A DNA stretch of 64,000 nucleotides from Candidatus Micrarchaeota archaeon CG1_02_51_15 (GCA_001871495.1 MNVG01000007.1:4322-68321); one strand, 5' to 3'. Counted from the first letter of the stretch, positions 9,489-19,036 are shown. The notes: generated by a model from the letters alone, not told the origin. A program made the numbers and translations.

Positions 9489-9743
9489 TTGTCTTCAATC
9501 GGTTTAATCGCGGGATTGCTTTCCGTAATCATTCTCTCGGGCTGCGTTTCCCAAGACCAACCCTGTTTGAACGACTCCGAGACATCCGGAAACGAAATCG
9601 TTGAAGGAACTTACAGCAATTCGGAGAACCTAATGAACTCGGTTGAAACCGCGGAATTAAAAGAAAACGAAGTGAAACACTGCATCTGCCACTTAATGGA
9701 AGTACAGTACGACTATTCGGATTACACTAGACGAGTTGGCTAG
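9489..9743 (+). CDS. small Cys-rich secreted/lipoprotein-like protein (hypothetical)
   Basis: Signal peptide with LSGC lipobox-like motif. Several Cys. An overlapping ORF at 9736..9939 in another frame may be a frameshifted continuation. Confidence 0.3.
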   Translation: MSSIGLIAGLLSVIILSGCVSQDQPCLNDSETSGNEIVEGTYSNSENLMNSVETAELKENEVKHCICHLMEVQYDYSDYTRRVG

Positions 9744-10075
9744 GGAAACCACCTTCGACGGCAAAGTCAAACACGCCATTAACCGGCAGGAAAGCTGCGC
9801 AATGCAGGCCGGAATACCTAAGCAGTGTTCTCCTTTGGACTTCGATTTCGACGAGTTAAGACACGAATGGATTAAGGAAACCGAAGCAATGCCCTGCAAC
9901 TGCAATACAATCGCCCACGACAAGAAATACTTCAGCTAAACCGCGTCGGAAACACCACTCCTCTTCTTTTAAAGTAGTTTGACTCCGGCAACCCCAACGA
10001 ATTCACTGTGCTCACATCACGCAACCTAACCTTAAACTTTTTAATACTGTTTGTTTAATGATTTCGGTGATTCCA

Positions 10076-10306
10076 ATGGGAATTAAAGTAGTGAAAAGAG
10101 GCGACAGTTTCAAGGAACTGAAGCTAAGGACCTCGATAAAAAAATGCAGGGCAAAACCGGCCACCGTAAGCGCCGCCGTAGCTGCAGTAAAGAAAAAACT
10201 CCGCAACGGCATGAGCACGCTCGAAATAAGAAAGACGGTAACCGACGTGCTGAAAAAAACCGACCCGAAGGTAGCAAAACACTATGCAACCGGCAAGAAA
10301 AAATAA
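10076..10306 (+). CDS. stand-alone ATP-cone domain protein
   Basis: MGIKVVKRGDSFKELKLRTSI...MSTLEIRKTVTDVLK matches the ATP-cone pattern (IKVIKRDG...fd..KI). Confidence 0.5.
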   Translation: MGIKVVKRGDSFKELKLRTSIKKCRAKPATVSAAVAAVKKKLRNGMSTLEIRKTVTDVLKKTDPKVAKHYATGKKK

Positions 10307-10462
10307 ACCCAACAATTAGGAGCCGGCCTAATCGGAAACTCCGGCGCCTCTCTTTTTTTGAATTCCCTCACTAAACAAGTCTCCTACCTCAAACCGCGCA
10401 AACCAATGCCTCCGCCTAACGCCAAGGCGCAGTTTCTTAAACCGTTTTGCCATAAGCCGAGT

Positions 10463-11845
10463 ATGAGGCTTTCGTTCCACGGCGCAGCCGGCGTTGTCAC
10501 TGGCTCTTGTTACTTGCTTGAAACAGCAAACAGCAGGGTACTAGTCGACTGCGGCATGTTCCAAGGCTCGAAGAACGTCACCCGCTTGAATTACGAGCCC
10601 TTCAACTTCGACGCATCCAAAATCCAGTACTTGCTGCTTACGCACGCACACATTGACCACTCCGGATTGATTCCCAAGTTGGTAAAGCACGGTTTCAGGG
10701 GAAGGATTTTTGCAACGCGGCCCACAGTCGACTTGGCGAAAATCATGCTTGAAGATTCTGCGAATATAGCCGTACAAGACACGGAGCACGAAAACAAACG
10801 CAGGCTGCGCGCAGGCCTCCCGCCAAGAAAGCCGCTTTACGGCCTTCCGGAAGTAAAAGCAGCCTGCAAACTATTCACTGCTAAAGAATACGACGCACGT
10901 TTTGACTTGACAAACGGAATAGCAGTGCGTTTTCAAGACGCGGGGCACATCCTCGGTTCAGCCATTGTTGAAGTCTGGGTCACTGAAGCAGGTAAGACCA
11001 ACAAAATAGTTTTCTCAGGCGACTTAGGCCAGACAAACACACCGATAGTGCCAGACCCCACGCCAATAAACGACGCGGACTTCGTGGTAGTCGAATCGAC
11101 TTACGGAGACCGTTTGCACGCGGACTCCGGAATAAGGGAAGAACTTTTCGCCAAGGAAGTCAACGACACGTTCAAAAAAGGCGGCAAACTGATGATTCCA
11201 TCGTTCGCAATCGAAAGGACGCAGGAACTCCTGTATTACTTGAAGAGAATAGAACGCGACAAAAGACTGCCTGCAGAAAAAGTGTTTCTCGACAGCCCGC
11301 TTGCCATAAAAGCCACTGAAGTATTCAAGAAAAACATGGCTTACGCAGAACCCGAGCTCAAACAAGAATTTTCAGACCCGTTTAACCTAAGGCAATTGAC
11401 TTACCTCAAAAGCACGCAGGAATCCAAGTCATTAAACGAATACAAGCGACCGTGCATAATAATCGCAGGAAGCGGAATGTGCACCGCCGGAAGAATAAGG
11501 CACCACTTGAAGCACAACCTGTGGAAACCGGAGAACACGGTTTTGTTCGTGGGTTATCAAGCAGAAGGAACGCTGGGCCGCCTAATCCTTGAAGGCGCGA
11601 AGACAGTCCGCATGATGGGCACTGAAGTCGCAGTAAAATCGAGAGTAAGCAGAATGGAAAGCTTCTCATCCCACGCCGACTCCCGCGAACTATTAAACTG
11701 GATGACAAACTTCACGAAAACCCCGAAAAAAGTATTCGTGACGCACGGCGAACCTGACGCAGCCAACGCACTCGCGGCGAAACTAAACGCACTCGGCTTC
11801 AAAACCTACATTCCCGCGCTGTACGAACAAACAGAGATAAAATAA
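10463..11845 (+). CDS. beta-CASP family metallo-beta-lactamase ribonuclease (aRNase J / aCPSF2-like)
   Basis: MRLSFHGAAGVVTGSC start. HAHIDHSG MBL motif 2. beta-CASP region. C-terminal HGE motif. The ORF-track N-terminal extension 10358..10462 is probably not translated. Confidence 0.8.
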   Translation: MRLSFHGAAGVVTGSCYLLETANSRVLVDCGMFQGSKNVTRLNYEPFNFDASKIQYLLLTHAHIDHSGLIPKLVKHGFRGRIFATRPTVDLAKIMLEDSANIAVQDTEHENKRRLRAGLPPRKPLYGLPEVKAACKLFTAKEYDARFDLTNGIAVRFQDAGHILGSAIVEVWVTEAGKTNKIVFSGDLGQTNTPIVPDPTPINDADFVVVESTYGDRLHADSGIREELFAKEVNDTFKKGGKLMIPSFAIERTQELLYYLKRIERDKRLPAEKVFLDSPLAIKATEVFKKNMAYAEPELKQEFSDPFNLRQLTYLKSTQESKSLNEYKRPCIIIAGSGMCTAGRIRHHLKHNLWKPENTVLFVGYQAEGTLGRLILEGAKTVRMMGTEVAVKSRVSRMESFSSHADSRELLNWMTNFTKTPKKVFVTHGEPDAANALAAKLNALGFKTYIPALYEQTEIK

Positions 11846-11910
11846 GACCAAACCAAAAAAAGAAAATAAAAAAGAAAGCGGAAAAAACTCCCGCTTAACC
11901 CAAAAACTAA

Positions 11911-12441
11911 CTACGGAGTATACGTTACCCTAACGCGGACTCTGGCAACGTAACCGCCACCCAAATACTGAGCTGACATTATTCCAACCTGCAAGTTATT
12001 TATTTCACTCCAAGTCCATGCACTACTTGTGAACGGACTCATAGTATAATTAGTAGTATAATCAGCATACGCAGCAGAAAGCGGAGCCCCGCCTCCTAAA
12101 CTATGATACACGGGACTGCCTCCCGTCGATAACCTGGAATATAAATAGAACTTGTTAGTCGAATAACGCTTAGCAGTATGTATAATATTAACTTGCGAAA
12201 TAGTTCCGAATGCTAAATGATTTGATAGGGAATAACTGTCAGTTACCTTGTTCGCCGACGTATACACATAGTCGGAGGTATCTATACTAACCTCGTTTAC
12301 ACATTCAAAGGAATTAACACCACATCCCATTGCAGTAAAACCCCTAATAATATCGCTTTGAGGATATAGATACAAATAATTCGCCGATACTACTGGTAAA
12401 AGCAACATTAATGCCGCGACTATTCCTAAAACCAATTTCAT
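11911..12441 (-). CDS. secreted protein, paralog A of a two-member family (176 aa)
   Basis: Sec signal MKLVLGIVAALMLLLPVVSA, then YLYLYPQS. Two Cys. Conserved TSSAWTW and GGGYVARVRVRVTYTP C-terminus. Low GC. The 5' region is identical to that of 18512..19036. Confidence 0.7.
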   Translation of the reverse strand: MKLVLGIVAALMLLLPVVSANYLYLYPQSDIIRGFTAMGCGVNSFECVNEVSIDTSDYVYTSANKVTDSYSLSNHLAFGTISQVNIIHTAKRYSTNKFYLYSRLSTGGSPVYHSLGGGAPLSAAYADYTTNYTMSPFTSSAWTWSEINNLQVGIMSAQYLGGGYVARVRVRVTYTP

Positions 12442-12490
12442 TCTAAAACACCTCGCAAAAATTAGAAACTATATATATATACCGAACGAA
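12442..12490 (-). promoter_or_regulatory. TATA-box promoter/5' UTR, duplicated almost exactly at 19037..19085
   Basis: Minus-strand atatatatagtttctaatttttgcgaggtgttttagaATG. TATA element about 30 nt upstream of the start. A 62-nt perfect identity runs from the signal-peptide codons through the 5' UTR to the TATA box, where the two copies differ (c versus t). Confidence 0.55.
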
Positions 12491-12564
12491 TTGGCGGACG
12501 GAAATAACGCGAGTTTTTAGTAAGACGAGTTTTTGTCTTCGCTTTTGTGGGCATTAACCGGCAG

Positions 12565-13413
12565 TTATTTTTTCAGCGTTGTTTTCCCGAATGCCTTGCT
12601 TGCCCGATCGCTCCAGAACGAGGGCAGGAAGTTGGAGGCGAAACCGCGGAATTTGTCAGAGTACACGTAAACCAGTCCCTTGTACGGCGCGAGTTCCTTG
12701 AAGTCTTTGGAAACCGCGTCGTAGATTTCCTTTATTTTGCTGCGCTCGAAGTCTTTCTGCAGCAACGACGGCCGCTTCAACAACAGGTAGTCTGCCTGCC
12801 TAATCGTGTTCACTTCCAAGTTAGCGGAGTTCTGGCTTATGAAAACCACGCACAAGTCTTTGTGCCTTGCAACGAACAACAGCTTGGAAAGGAACTTGTT
12901 GGCGTCCGACATTGCCTCCCGCGAGTTAAACAGGATGCCTCCCTCGTCAACTAACAGGACGGAATTGTTCGGGACTTCGTCCACGTCGTTAACGCAGCGG
13001 ACCCACGCGGGAAGCCCCGCGTCTTGGAAGCCGATTGCGTAAGTTTTCCTTCCGCGGATAGCCCAATTTTCAAGCAGGTACATTCCCAATCCCGACTTTC
13101 CTGCCCCGCGGGCGCCGAGGATTATTCCAACAGTACTTTTGGATGAGTAAAGCCATTTTTCAAACGCCTGCACGCTTCCCTCGAATGCCTTTACTTCCGC
13201 AAGCGGCAAATTTACGGGCTTGGGCGCGGCGGCTTCGGCGGCCTTGCGGGAAGCAATGAAAACGCGGTTACCCAACCACGCGGCCAAACTGAGTGCCGCA
13301 GCCCAAACGAGCTTTGCAACCCACTTTAACCCCTTGAAGACGGTTAAGAACAACCATTTAACAAGGCCGTACAATAGCCCGATGACTTTTGCGACTATTC
13401 CCTTTCTTGCCAC
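12565..13413 (-). CDS. membrane-anchored P-loop NTPase (Walker A/B), family unassigned
   Basis: N-terminal hydrophobic segments (IVAKVIGLLYGLVKWLFLTVF..., VWAAALSLAAWLG). Walker A GARGAGKSG. Walker B LLVDEGG. 282 aa. Confidence 0.6.
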   Translation of the reverse strand: MARKGIVAKVIGLLYGLVKWLFLTVFKGLKWVAKLVWAAALSLAAWLGNRVFIASRKAAEAAAPKPVNLPLAEVKAFEGSVQAFEKWLYSSKSTVGIILGARGAGKSGLGMYLLENWAIRGRKTYAIGFQDAGLPAWVRCVNDVDEVPNNSVLLVDEGGILFNSREAMSDANKFLSKLLFVARHKDLCVVFISQNSANLEVNTIRQADYLLLKRPSLLQKDFERSKIKEIYDAVSKDFKELAPYKGLVYVYSDKFRGFASNFLPSFWSDRASKAFGKTTLKK

Positions 13414-13505
13414 TGACGGATTAGAAAAACGGGGTTAATAACGGCTTGCCACCCCCCTCCACGACGGGGTTTAATAATTTCTTCCAGCATTCTCATTCGC
13501 GGAGT

Positions 13506-14813
13506 ATGATTGTTATGCGCTTGCTTTCGAACCAGTTTGAGGAACACGACGGCAAGCCCGTGGAAGGCGCGGGCTGGGTGCACGGAGTTCGCGACGTAAA
13601 AAAACTTTTCTTCGCAGTGGTGCGCGACCGTGCCGGCAAAGTGCAGTTGATTGCAAAGTCCCCGCAAGCATTGGAGCAATGCAGGCAACTCGGACTGGAA
13701 GACGTAATTCGCTTTAGGGGAACTGCCCGCAAGAACCCGGGAGTCAAGATGGGCGGCGTGGAAATAGAGTTGGACTCGCTTGAAGTCCTTTCGAAAGCGG
13801 CTTCGCCGTTGCCGGTGGACATTGCGGGAAAGACGGACACGAACTTCGAGAACCGGTTCGACCACCGCGCGTTGGACTTGAGGCGCGACGAACCCCAAGC
13901 CGTTTTCAAGCTGCGGCATTCGCTGTGCAACGCATTCAGGGAATTCCTTTCAGGCCAAGGCTTCCTGGAAATCCACACTCCTAAAATAATTGCGACTGGC
14001 ACCGAAGGCGGAACCAGCCTCTTTCCAGTCAAATACTTTGAAAAACAGGCGTTTTTAGCGCAGAGTCCGCAGTTCTATAAACAAATGCTTGTCGGAGCGG
14101 GTTTCGAACGCGTGTTTGAAATCGCGCCGGTATTCCGCGCGGAAGAACACAACACGCCCTACCACTTGAACGAATACGTTTCGCTGGATTTGGAAATGGG
14201 CTTCATAAAGAACGAAGAGGACGTGATGAAAGTCACGCAGGACTTCCTGGTGCACGCGGCCAAACAAGTGAACTTGCGCAACAAGGCCGAACTCGAACAG
14301 TTCAACACCGCGTTGGAAGTGCCCAAAACGCCTTTCCCGACAGTGAACTACTGGGATTTGCCCGACGTATTCAAAGAACACGGCAAAACGTTTTCACCTA
14401 AAGAAGACTTGACGCGCGAACACGAGTCGATAATAGGCAAGTGGGCGCAAGAAAAGCACGGGAGCCGCTTCGTCTTCGTAAACCACTACCCCTCAGACCA
14501 CCGACCCGCGTACACTATGCCTTTCGAGGAAAACGGCGACTTCACGCGCGGCTACGACCTGCTGTTCGACGGCGTGGAAATAGTCACAGGCGGACAGCGC
14601 ATCCACGACCCCGCGTTGCTGGCGAAGCGTTTTCGCGCCAAGGGCTTCGACCCTGCGAAATACGAGTTTTACTTCGAGGTATTCAAGTATGGAATGCCGC
14701 CCCACGGCGGGCAGGCCATAGGCTTGGAAAGGCTTACCACTAAGATACTGGGAATACAGAACGTGCGCGAAGCCGCGTTTTTTCCCCGCGACCGCACGCG
14801 CGTCACGCCTTGA
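13506..14813 (+). CDS. aspS: aspartyl-tRNA synthetase, archaeal/eukaryal-type class II (Asn-tRNA synthetase not excluded)
   Basis: OB-fold N-domain GWVHGVRDVKKLFFAVVRD. Class II motifs FREFL..GFLEIHTPKI, FRAEEHNT, GGQAIGLERL. About 436 aa from the internal Met. Confidence 0.8.
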   Translation: MIVMRLLSNQFEEHDGKPVEGAGWVHGVRDVKKLFFAVVRDRAGKVQLIAKSPQALEQCRQLGLEDVIRFRGTARKNPGVKMGGVEIELDSLEVLSKAASPLPVDIAGKTDTNFENRFDHRALDLRRDEPQAVFKLRHSLCNAFREFLSGQGFLEIHTPKIIATGTEGGTSLFPVKYFEKQAFLAQSPQFYKQMLVGAGFERVFEIAPVFRAEEHNTPYHLNEYVSLDLEMGFIKNEEDVMKVTQDFLVHAAKQVNLRNKAELEQFNTALEVPKTPFPTVNYWDLPDVFKEHGKTFSPKEDLTREHESIIGKWAQEKHGSRFVFVNHYPSDHRPAYTMPFEENGDFTRGYDLLFDGVEIVTGGQRIHDPALLAKRFRAKGFDPAKYEFYFEVFKYGMPPHGGQAIGLERLTTKILGIQNVREAAFFPRDRTRVTP

Positions 14814-15276
14814 GTTTCTTTCCCTTGCGCTTTTTTTCCTCACGGATTTCCTCCATTTCCAGCAGCCGCAGGGCCTTCAACGACTTTTCGAGCTTGAGCA
14901 AGTTTAGTTCGCGCGGCAATTTAATAAGCCGCCCGCCCTGCTCGGCTTCAGCAACAGGGTGAAGCACTTTGCCGCCTTCGCCAAGAACCCGCAGGGCTTC
15001 GGAGGGCTCGGCTGGAATACGGAGAATCCAGAAGAAAGGAATGGTGGCAATAATTTCAAGCCAATAGTTTTTGACGAAGTAAGTCCACGAATTGCAATGC
15101 CGCCTCTTGAAATATAAATCCAGCGTGAAAAACAGGATTACGATAAAGTCAAACGCGTCTATGAAAACCTGGAAAGGGTGCAAGTCGGCTGCAAACTCGA
15201 AAATCAAGAGGATTATTACGCCCACTAACAGGAACGGAATCGACTTTTCCACAAAACGTTCTAGAGACAAAACCAT
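14803..15276 (-). CDS. small polytopic membrane protein (ion-channel-like TM helices)
   Basis: 157 aa with three or four hydrophobic helices and a K/E-rich coiled C-terminus. Confidence 0.4.
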   Translation of the reverse strand: MVLSLERFVEKSIPFLLVGVIILLIFEFAADLHPFQVFIDAFDFIVILFFTLDLYFKRRHCNSWTYFVKNYWLEIIATIPFFWILRIPAEPSEALRVLGEGGKVLHPVAEAEQGGRLIKLPRELNLLKLEKSLKALRLLEMEEIREEKKRKGKKLKA

Positions 15277-15347
15277 GGCGGTAACGCCATTCGTTAATCC
15301 CCGCGACTACTAAAAGCTTGCTGAATTTAACCGAATAAAAAATGCAG

Positions 15348-15421
15348 TGGGGACGCCGAGATTTGAACTCGGATCGCCAGATCCCGAATCTGGTAGGCTA
15401 ACCAGGTTGTCCCACGTCCCC
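15348..15421 (-). tRNA. tRNA-Pro(CGG), intron-less
   Basis: GGGGACG/CGUCCCC acceptor. D-loop AACCUGGUUA. Anticodon arm CCAGA-UUCGGGA-UCUGG. T-arm CCGAG-UUCAAAU-CUCGG. 74 nt. One D-stem mismatch. Confidence 0.75.
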
Positions 15422-15533
15422 ACGTAATTAAAACAAAACAATATTTTGCGGCCTCGGAATTAAAAACAGGCATTATCACCGGTTTTAAGTGAAGCGTTTC
15501 AAGCACTTGCTTCCGCGCTTGAAAAAAAGCTTA

Positions 15534-15690
15534 CGGGCCTGGAGGGATTTTCGCACAAGCGAAAAAACTGCAAAACGCAACGTTTTGCTTGCATTTGAAC
15601 CCTCGACCTCGTGCTGGCTTCCCGTCTTTCCCCCGACTTCGGAAAAAAAGTTAGAAGGCACTTGCGCTATCCAGGCTGCGCCACAGGCCC
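15534..15690 (-). tRNA. tRNA-Arg(UCU) with two introns: canonical intron (about 35 nt) and a 46-nt T-loop intron related to that of tRNA-Lys
   Basis: Acceptor GGGCCUG/CAGGCCC. D-arm GCGC-AGCCUGGAUA-GCGC. Anticodon arm AGUGC-CUUCUA(intron)A-GCACG. T-arm GAGGG-UUCAAAU-(intron, plus 15547..15592)-CCCUC. Discriminator G. TATA (tttatat) lies about 30 nt upstream. This explains the GC-rich region that has no ORF; ORFs 15485..15757 and 15489..16217 are spurious. Confidence 0.55.
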
Positions 15691-15867
15691 ACGCGCAATA
15701 TTCTTGGAGCCGCGCGGATATAAAGTTTTTTAACTCGGCAAACCCTTTGGTTCTCAATGATCCAACTAGGCTGCCTGCCGCTGAAACTGGCTTTCGACCC
15801 CAAGACGCTCGCGCTGCGCCTCAACGGCCGAAAACTCGTACCGTCATTCGAGCGGACCGTAGGCGAA

Positions 15868-16521
15868 ATGCGGAGCGTAATGCTGAGCCCCCAGGCGGCG
15901 CTTTCAGACTCGTCGGTGTGCTACCGCGTGTTCCGCCGCGTCGAAAGGCCGGCCGACCGCAAGGCATTCGCGGAAAACGACTGCTCCTACGACGTTACGG
16001 TTCTCGAACGGTGCTTCCTGGGCCCGGAGCGCAACAAGACAATGGGCCACTACCACTCCATCGCATCCAACGGCTTGACTTACCCGGAGGTGTACGAAGT
16101 GCTGTACGGCGAAGCGCACTTCGTTTTACAGCGCCGCAGCGCGCCGTCTTCGCGGGAAGTGAGCGAAACCCTGTTCGTAACCGCCAAACAAGGAGAAAAA
16201 GTAGTGGTCGAACCTAGGTGGGGCCACGCTGTAATAAACGCCTCCCACGAGCCCCTCGTGCTGGCAAGCTTAGACTGCATGCTTAACGAAAGCGACTACG
16301 CGGCTTACTTGGAAAAGCACGGAGCGGCCTACTACAAGTTTGGCGCGAACAACCTCCTGCCCAACAAACACTACCACAAGCTTCCACCCCTCCACATATT
16401 CCCTGCTTCGTCGCTGAAACCGGTTCCCAAAATAGGGGAAGCCAACCTCTACGCAGACTACACCACCCACCCTCAACGGTACTCGTTCCTCAAAAACCCT
16501 GAAAGGATTTGGAAGGCCTGA
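15868..16521 (+). CDS. pgiA: cupin-type glucose-6-phosphate isomerase (archaeal cPGI)
   Basis: TMGHYHS metal-binding motif, EVYEVLYGEA, and PRWGHAVINASHEPLVLAS align with Pyrococcus cupin PGI. The ORF-track start 15757 probably over-extends. Confidence 0.7.
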   Translation: MRSVMLSPQAALSDSSVCYRVFRRVERPADRKAFAENDCSYDVTVLERCFLGPERNKTMGHYHSIASNGLTYPEVYEVLYGEAHFVLQRRSAPSSREVSETLFVTAKQGEKVVVEPRWGHAVINASHEPLVLASLDCMLNESDYAAYLEKHGAAYYKFGANNLLPNKHYHKLPPLHIFPASSLKPVPKIGEANLYADYTTHPQRYSFLKNPERIWKA

Positions 16522-16708
16522 TACAGTAGCGGCTACGCGCCGCCATGCCTTGCTTTTAACCGCAACATTACTTCCGTAAACAAGCCGTAAGGAATTGACT
16601 TACCCCATTTCGAAGGACAACCGCAGTTGAACGTGCCTGCGCGACCGTAGTTTTAGGAGTTCAGCCAAATTTCTTCCAGGGACTGCTTTCGTAAGTCGCC
16701 GGAAGCCG

Positions 16709-17557
16709 TCACGTCGTCGCCGGGACACCGCAAGACTTTACCTGAAAGCGTGACGTACCGCCCACAGGCGACTTGGTTGCAGCACGCTGCCTTGGCATAA
16801 TGTGAAATTCCTTCTCTTCAAGTTGTTCAATTGTTTGAATGCCTTTCTCCAGATTAAACTCATAGATTTCGGCATACAAGTCAATCAATGCGCTGGCTTG
16901 AGGCGTTATTTTTTGCCACGCTCCCTCATTGGAACCCTTTCCGCTAACCATAGTAGGGCAAGCGATTACGCTAATGTTTCTTACCCTCGCCCACTCGTAT
17001 ATTTCAAGAATTTCAGAGTAATTGCCGCAAGTCACTGGGAGCACGGCAAGGCAGAGCCGCGACGGGTTGTGCTTGTTTAACCCTGCTTCTGCAAGTAATT
17101 CCGGCGCGCGGTTTCGTTTAAGCGAATACCCCTCCATTCCGCCCACCATTTCGTCTTGGGTGCACAGGTCAAACGAGTTAAAGCCAAGCATTATGCTTGC
17201 GTTTACTTTAGTGATTTCTTCAACCAATTCTTTTCCCGTAGATATACCGTATTGCGAATTCCATTTGCGGGCTTCGGCGTCATCTCCAATTACGTGCCCT
17301 TTAGTAAACACCAGCAGAGTTACATCAAGTTTCTTCAACTCGCGCAGGAACTCGAAGAACCGCTCGTTTTGGAACGGCTCGCTGGCTCCAAGAAACTTTA
17401 CCGACTTCAAGCCAAGCCGTTTGGCGTCCTTGATTAGGCGCAGGGTCTCGTCGAAATCCATTGGCTTTTCCTGCCCGGCGTAAACGCGGTTTTCTCGCCT
17501 GAAACAATGCGGACAATTAAGGGTACAATAATCGCCAAAGTCTATGTCTAAAGTCAA
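16709..17557 (-). CDS. radical SAM domain protein
   Basis: CTLNCPHC (Cx3Cx2C) near the N-terminus in a TIM-barrel-like context. 282 aa. No partner genes nearby. Confidence 0.55.
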   Translation of the reverse strand: MTLDIDFGDYCTLNCPHCFRRENRVYAGQEKPMDFDETLRLIKDAKRLGLKSVKFLGASEPFQNERFFEFLRELKKLDVTLLVFTKGHVIGDDAEARKWNSQYGISTGKELVEEITKVNASIMLGFNSFDLCTQDEMVGGMEGYSLKRNRAPELLAEAGLNKHNPSRLCLAVLPVTCGNYSEILEIYEWARVRNISVIACPTMVSGKGSNEGAWQKITPQASALIDLYAEIYEFNLEKGIQTIEQLEEKEFHIMPRQRAATKSPVGGTSRFQVKSCGVPATT

Positions 17558-18511
17558 CAGCTTGCCCAGGTTTTCCTTTAATTCCTTCCTTGAAAAAGTT
17601 TAGCCGTTGACATCGTTGACGAAATCCGTTGGAAACCGGCCTGCGTAGACTACTGGAACATTAGGTAATGTTTTCACACTATGATTTTTGGACGCGGAAA
17701 CGAATCAAATTAATGCCGCCTTACAACGAGTGGTTTAAAAACTGGTCTTGGAAAGCGAGTCTGCAAGCAAGGGAAGGGGGCGTGCTTCGGCCTTGCGCAG
17801 GTGCTCGGCGAAAGTGAAGGAGAAATTCCCATTTGTTTGGCCAGCTCTTCCAAACTCGCGTTTTAGGAATGAGTAATAACCTTTCCTGACTGCAAGAACG
17901 AAGGCATCGCGTTGTTGTGCTGCAAGGTGTTCGGAAACCAGTTTCAGCTTCAGGAAGTAAACCGAGTTGAAAACCGACGAAGCGGTTTTAGAATCCAAGT
18001 ATCTTTTGGACCTCGCCTAGTATTGCGCGTCCTCCTTCAGTAAGCTACGGAGCTTGCGCAAGTCAGCGTCAGACGGTACGATAAGCGGAACGAAGTCACG
18101 GTCGACTGCGGACACCGCAGGCAGGGCCGGAATTACTTTCGCCACTATGAGCTTTGGTAAAAGCAGGGAATCCGGCTTTGAAACTACCTCGCCAAGTGCC
18201 CAGTTGCCTGTCTTGCAAATCAAGTCGACTTTCTTTACGTTGGGTCTCGCCCGCAGGTACGAACAAACGCGTTTATGTCGGGCGCTTCCAACTCAAACAA
18301 CGTATACTCCAAGTTGTTCTTGAAGAAAGGAATAGAAATGAAACGCATCCGCGCACCCTCGTGCTTTTCAACTGATTCTATTACGAAACAATTGGGTGCA
18401 CGTACCCGAGTTCAAGGAAAACAGGACGCTTGGATTTTTTCGGCATTTTGATAAAATAAGAAAAACCTAAAATAAAAAGGAGGGGAAAGCAGGAAAACCC
18501 GCGTTATGAGC

Positions 18512-19036
18512 TTACGGAGTGTAAAACACTCTTATGCGCGTCCGGGCAACAAAGCCGCCGCCTTCGCTAATAGATCTAACTCCAGCACCAAGACTTTGAA
18601 GATCAAACCAAGTCCAAGCGCTACTAGTCACAGGGTTAATATAGTGAGTAAAATAGTGGGTAGTGTAACTTGATCCGAGCATAACTTTAACGCTCTCTAC
18701 CTTAGACCCCCAGTTCACAAGAGTAAAATTTACATGTTTGTGAGTGTCAGAATACCTCTTAGCATAGTATTCTACGCGGACAGAATTTATTGTACCTGAA
18801 AACCCTCCCGCACCAAAACTGAAGTCGTACACGTCAAGCTCGTCGTCGTAAGGCGTATACACAAAGTCGTTAGTGTTTATCGGATTCTCGTCCACGCACT
18901 GATAATTCAAAGAACATCCTTTTGGCGTCCACTCGGAATAACTAGTGTTTGATTGCGGATATAGGTAAAGATAATCCGCCGACACTACTGGCAAAAGCAG
19001 CATTAATGCCGCGACTATTCCTAAAACCAATTTCAT
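18512..19036 (-). CDS. secreted protein, paralog B (174 aa)
   Basis: Signal peptide and YLYLYPQS identical to paralog A. Conserved GC...CV.E, AKRYS, TSSAWTW and GGGFVARTRIRVFYTP. The central region is diverged. Confidence 0.7.
   Translation of the reverse strand: MKLVLGIVAALMLLLPVVSADYLYLYPQSNTSYSEWTPKGCSLNYQCVDENPINTNDFVYTPYDDELDVYDFSFGAGGFSGTINSVRVEYYAKRYSDTHKHVNFTLVNWGSKVESVKVMLGSSYTTHYFTHYINPVTSSAWTWFDLQSLGAGVRSISEGGGFVARTRIRVFYTP

Noticed and set aside
15485-16217. ORFs 15485..15757 (-) and 15489..16217 (+) in the GC-rich stretch
   Set aside because: The stretch is occupied by the two-intron tRNA-Arg(UCU). The plus ORF is also out of frame with the cupin PGI.
16709-17557. Radical SAM gene as the partner of the Memo-like gene (AmmeMemoRadiSam system)
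   Set aside because: The genes are 15 kb apart with no AMMECR1 gene nearby, and the radical SAM protein is shorter than typical system members. No linkage is claimed.
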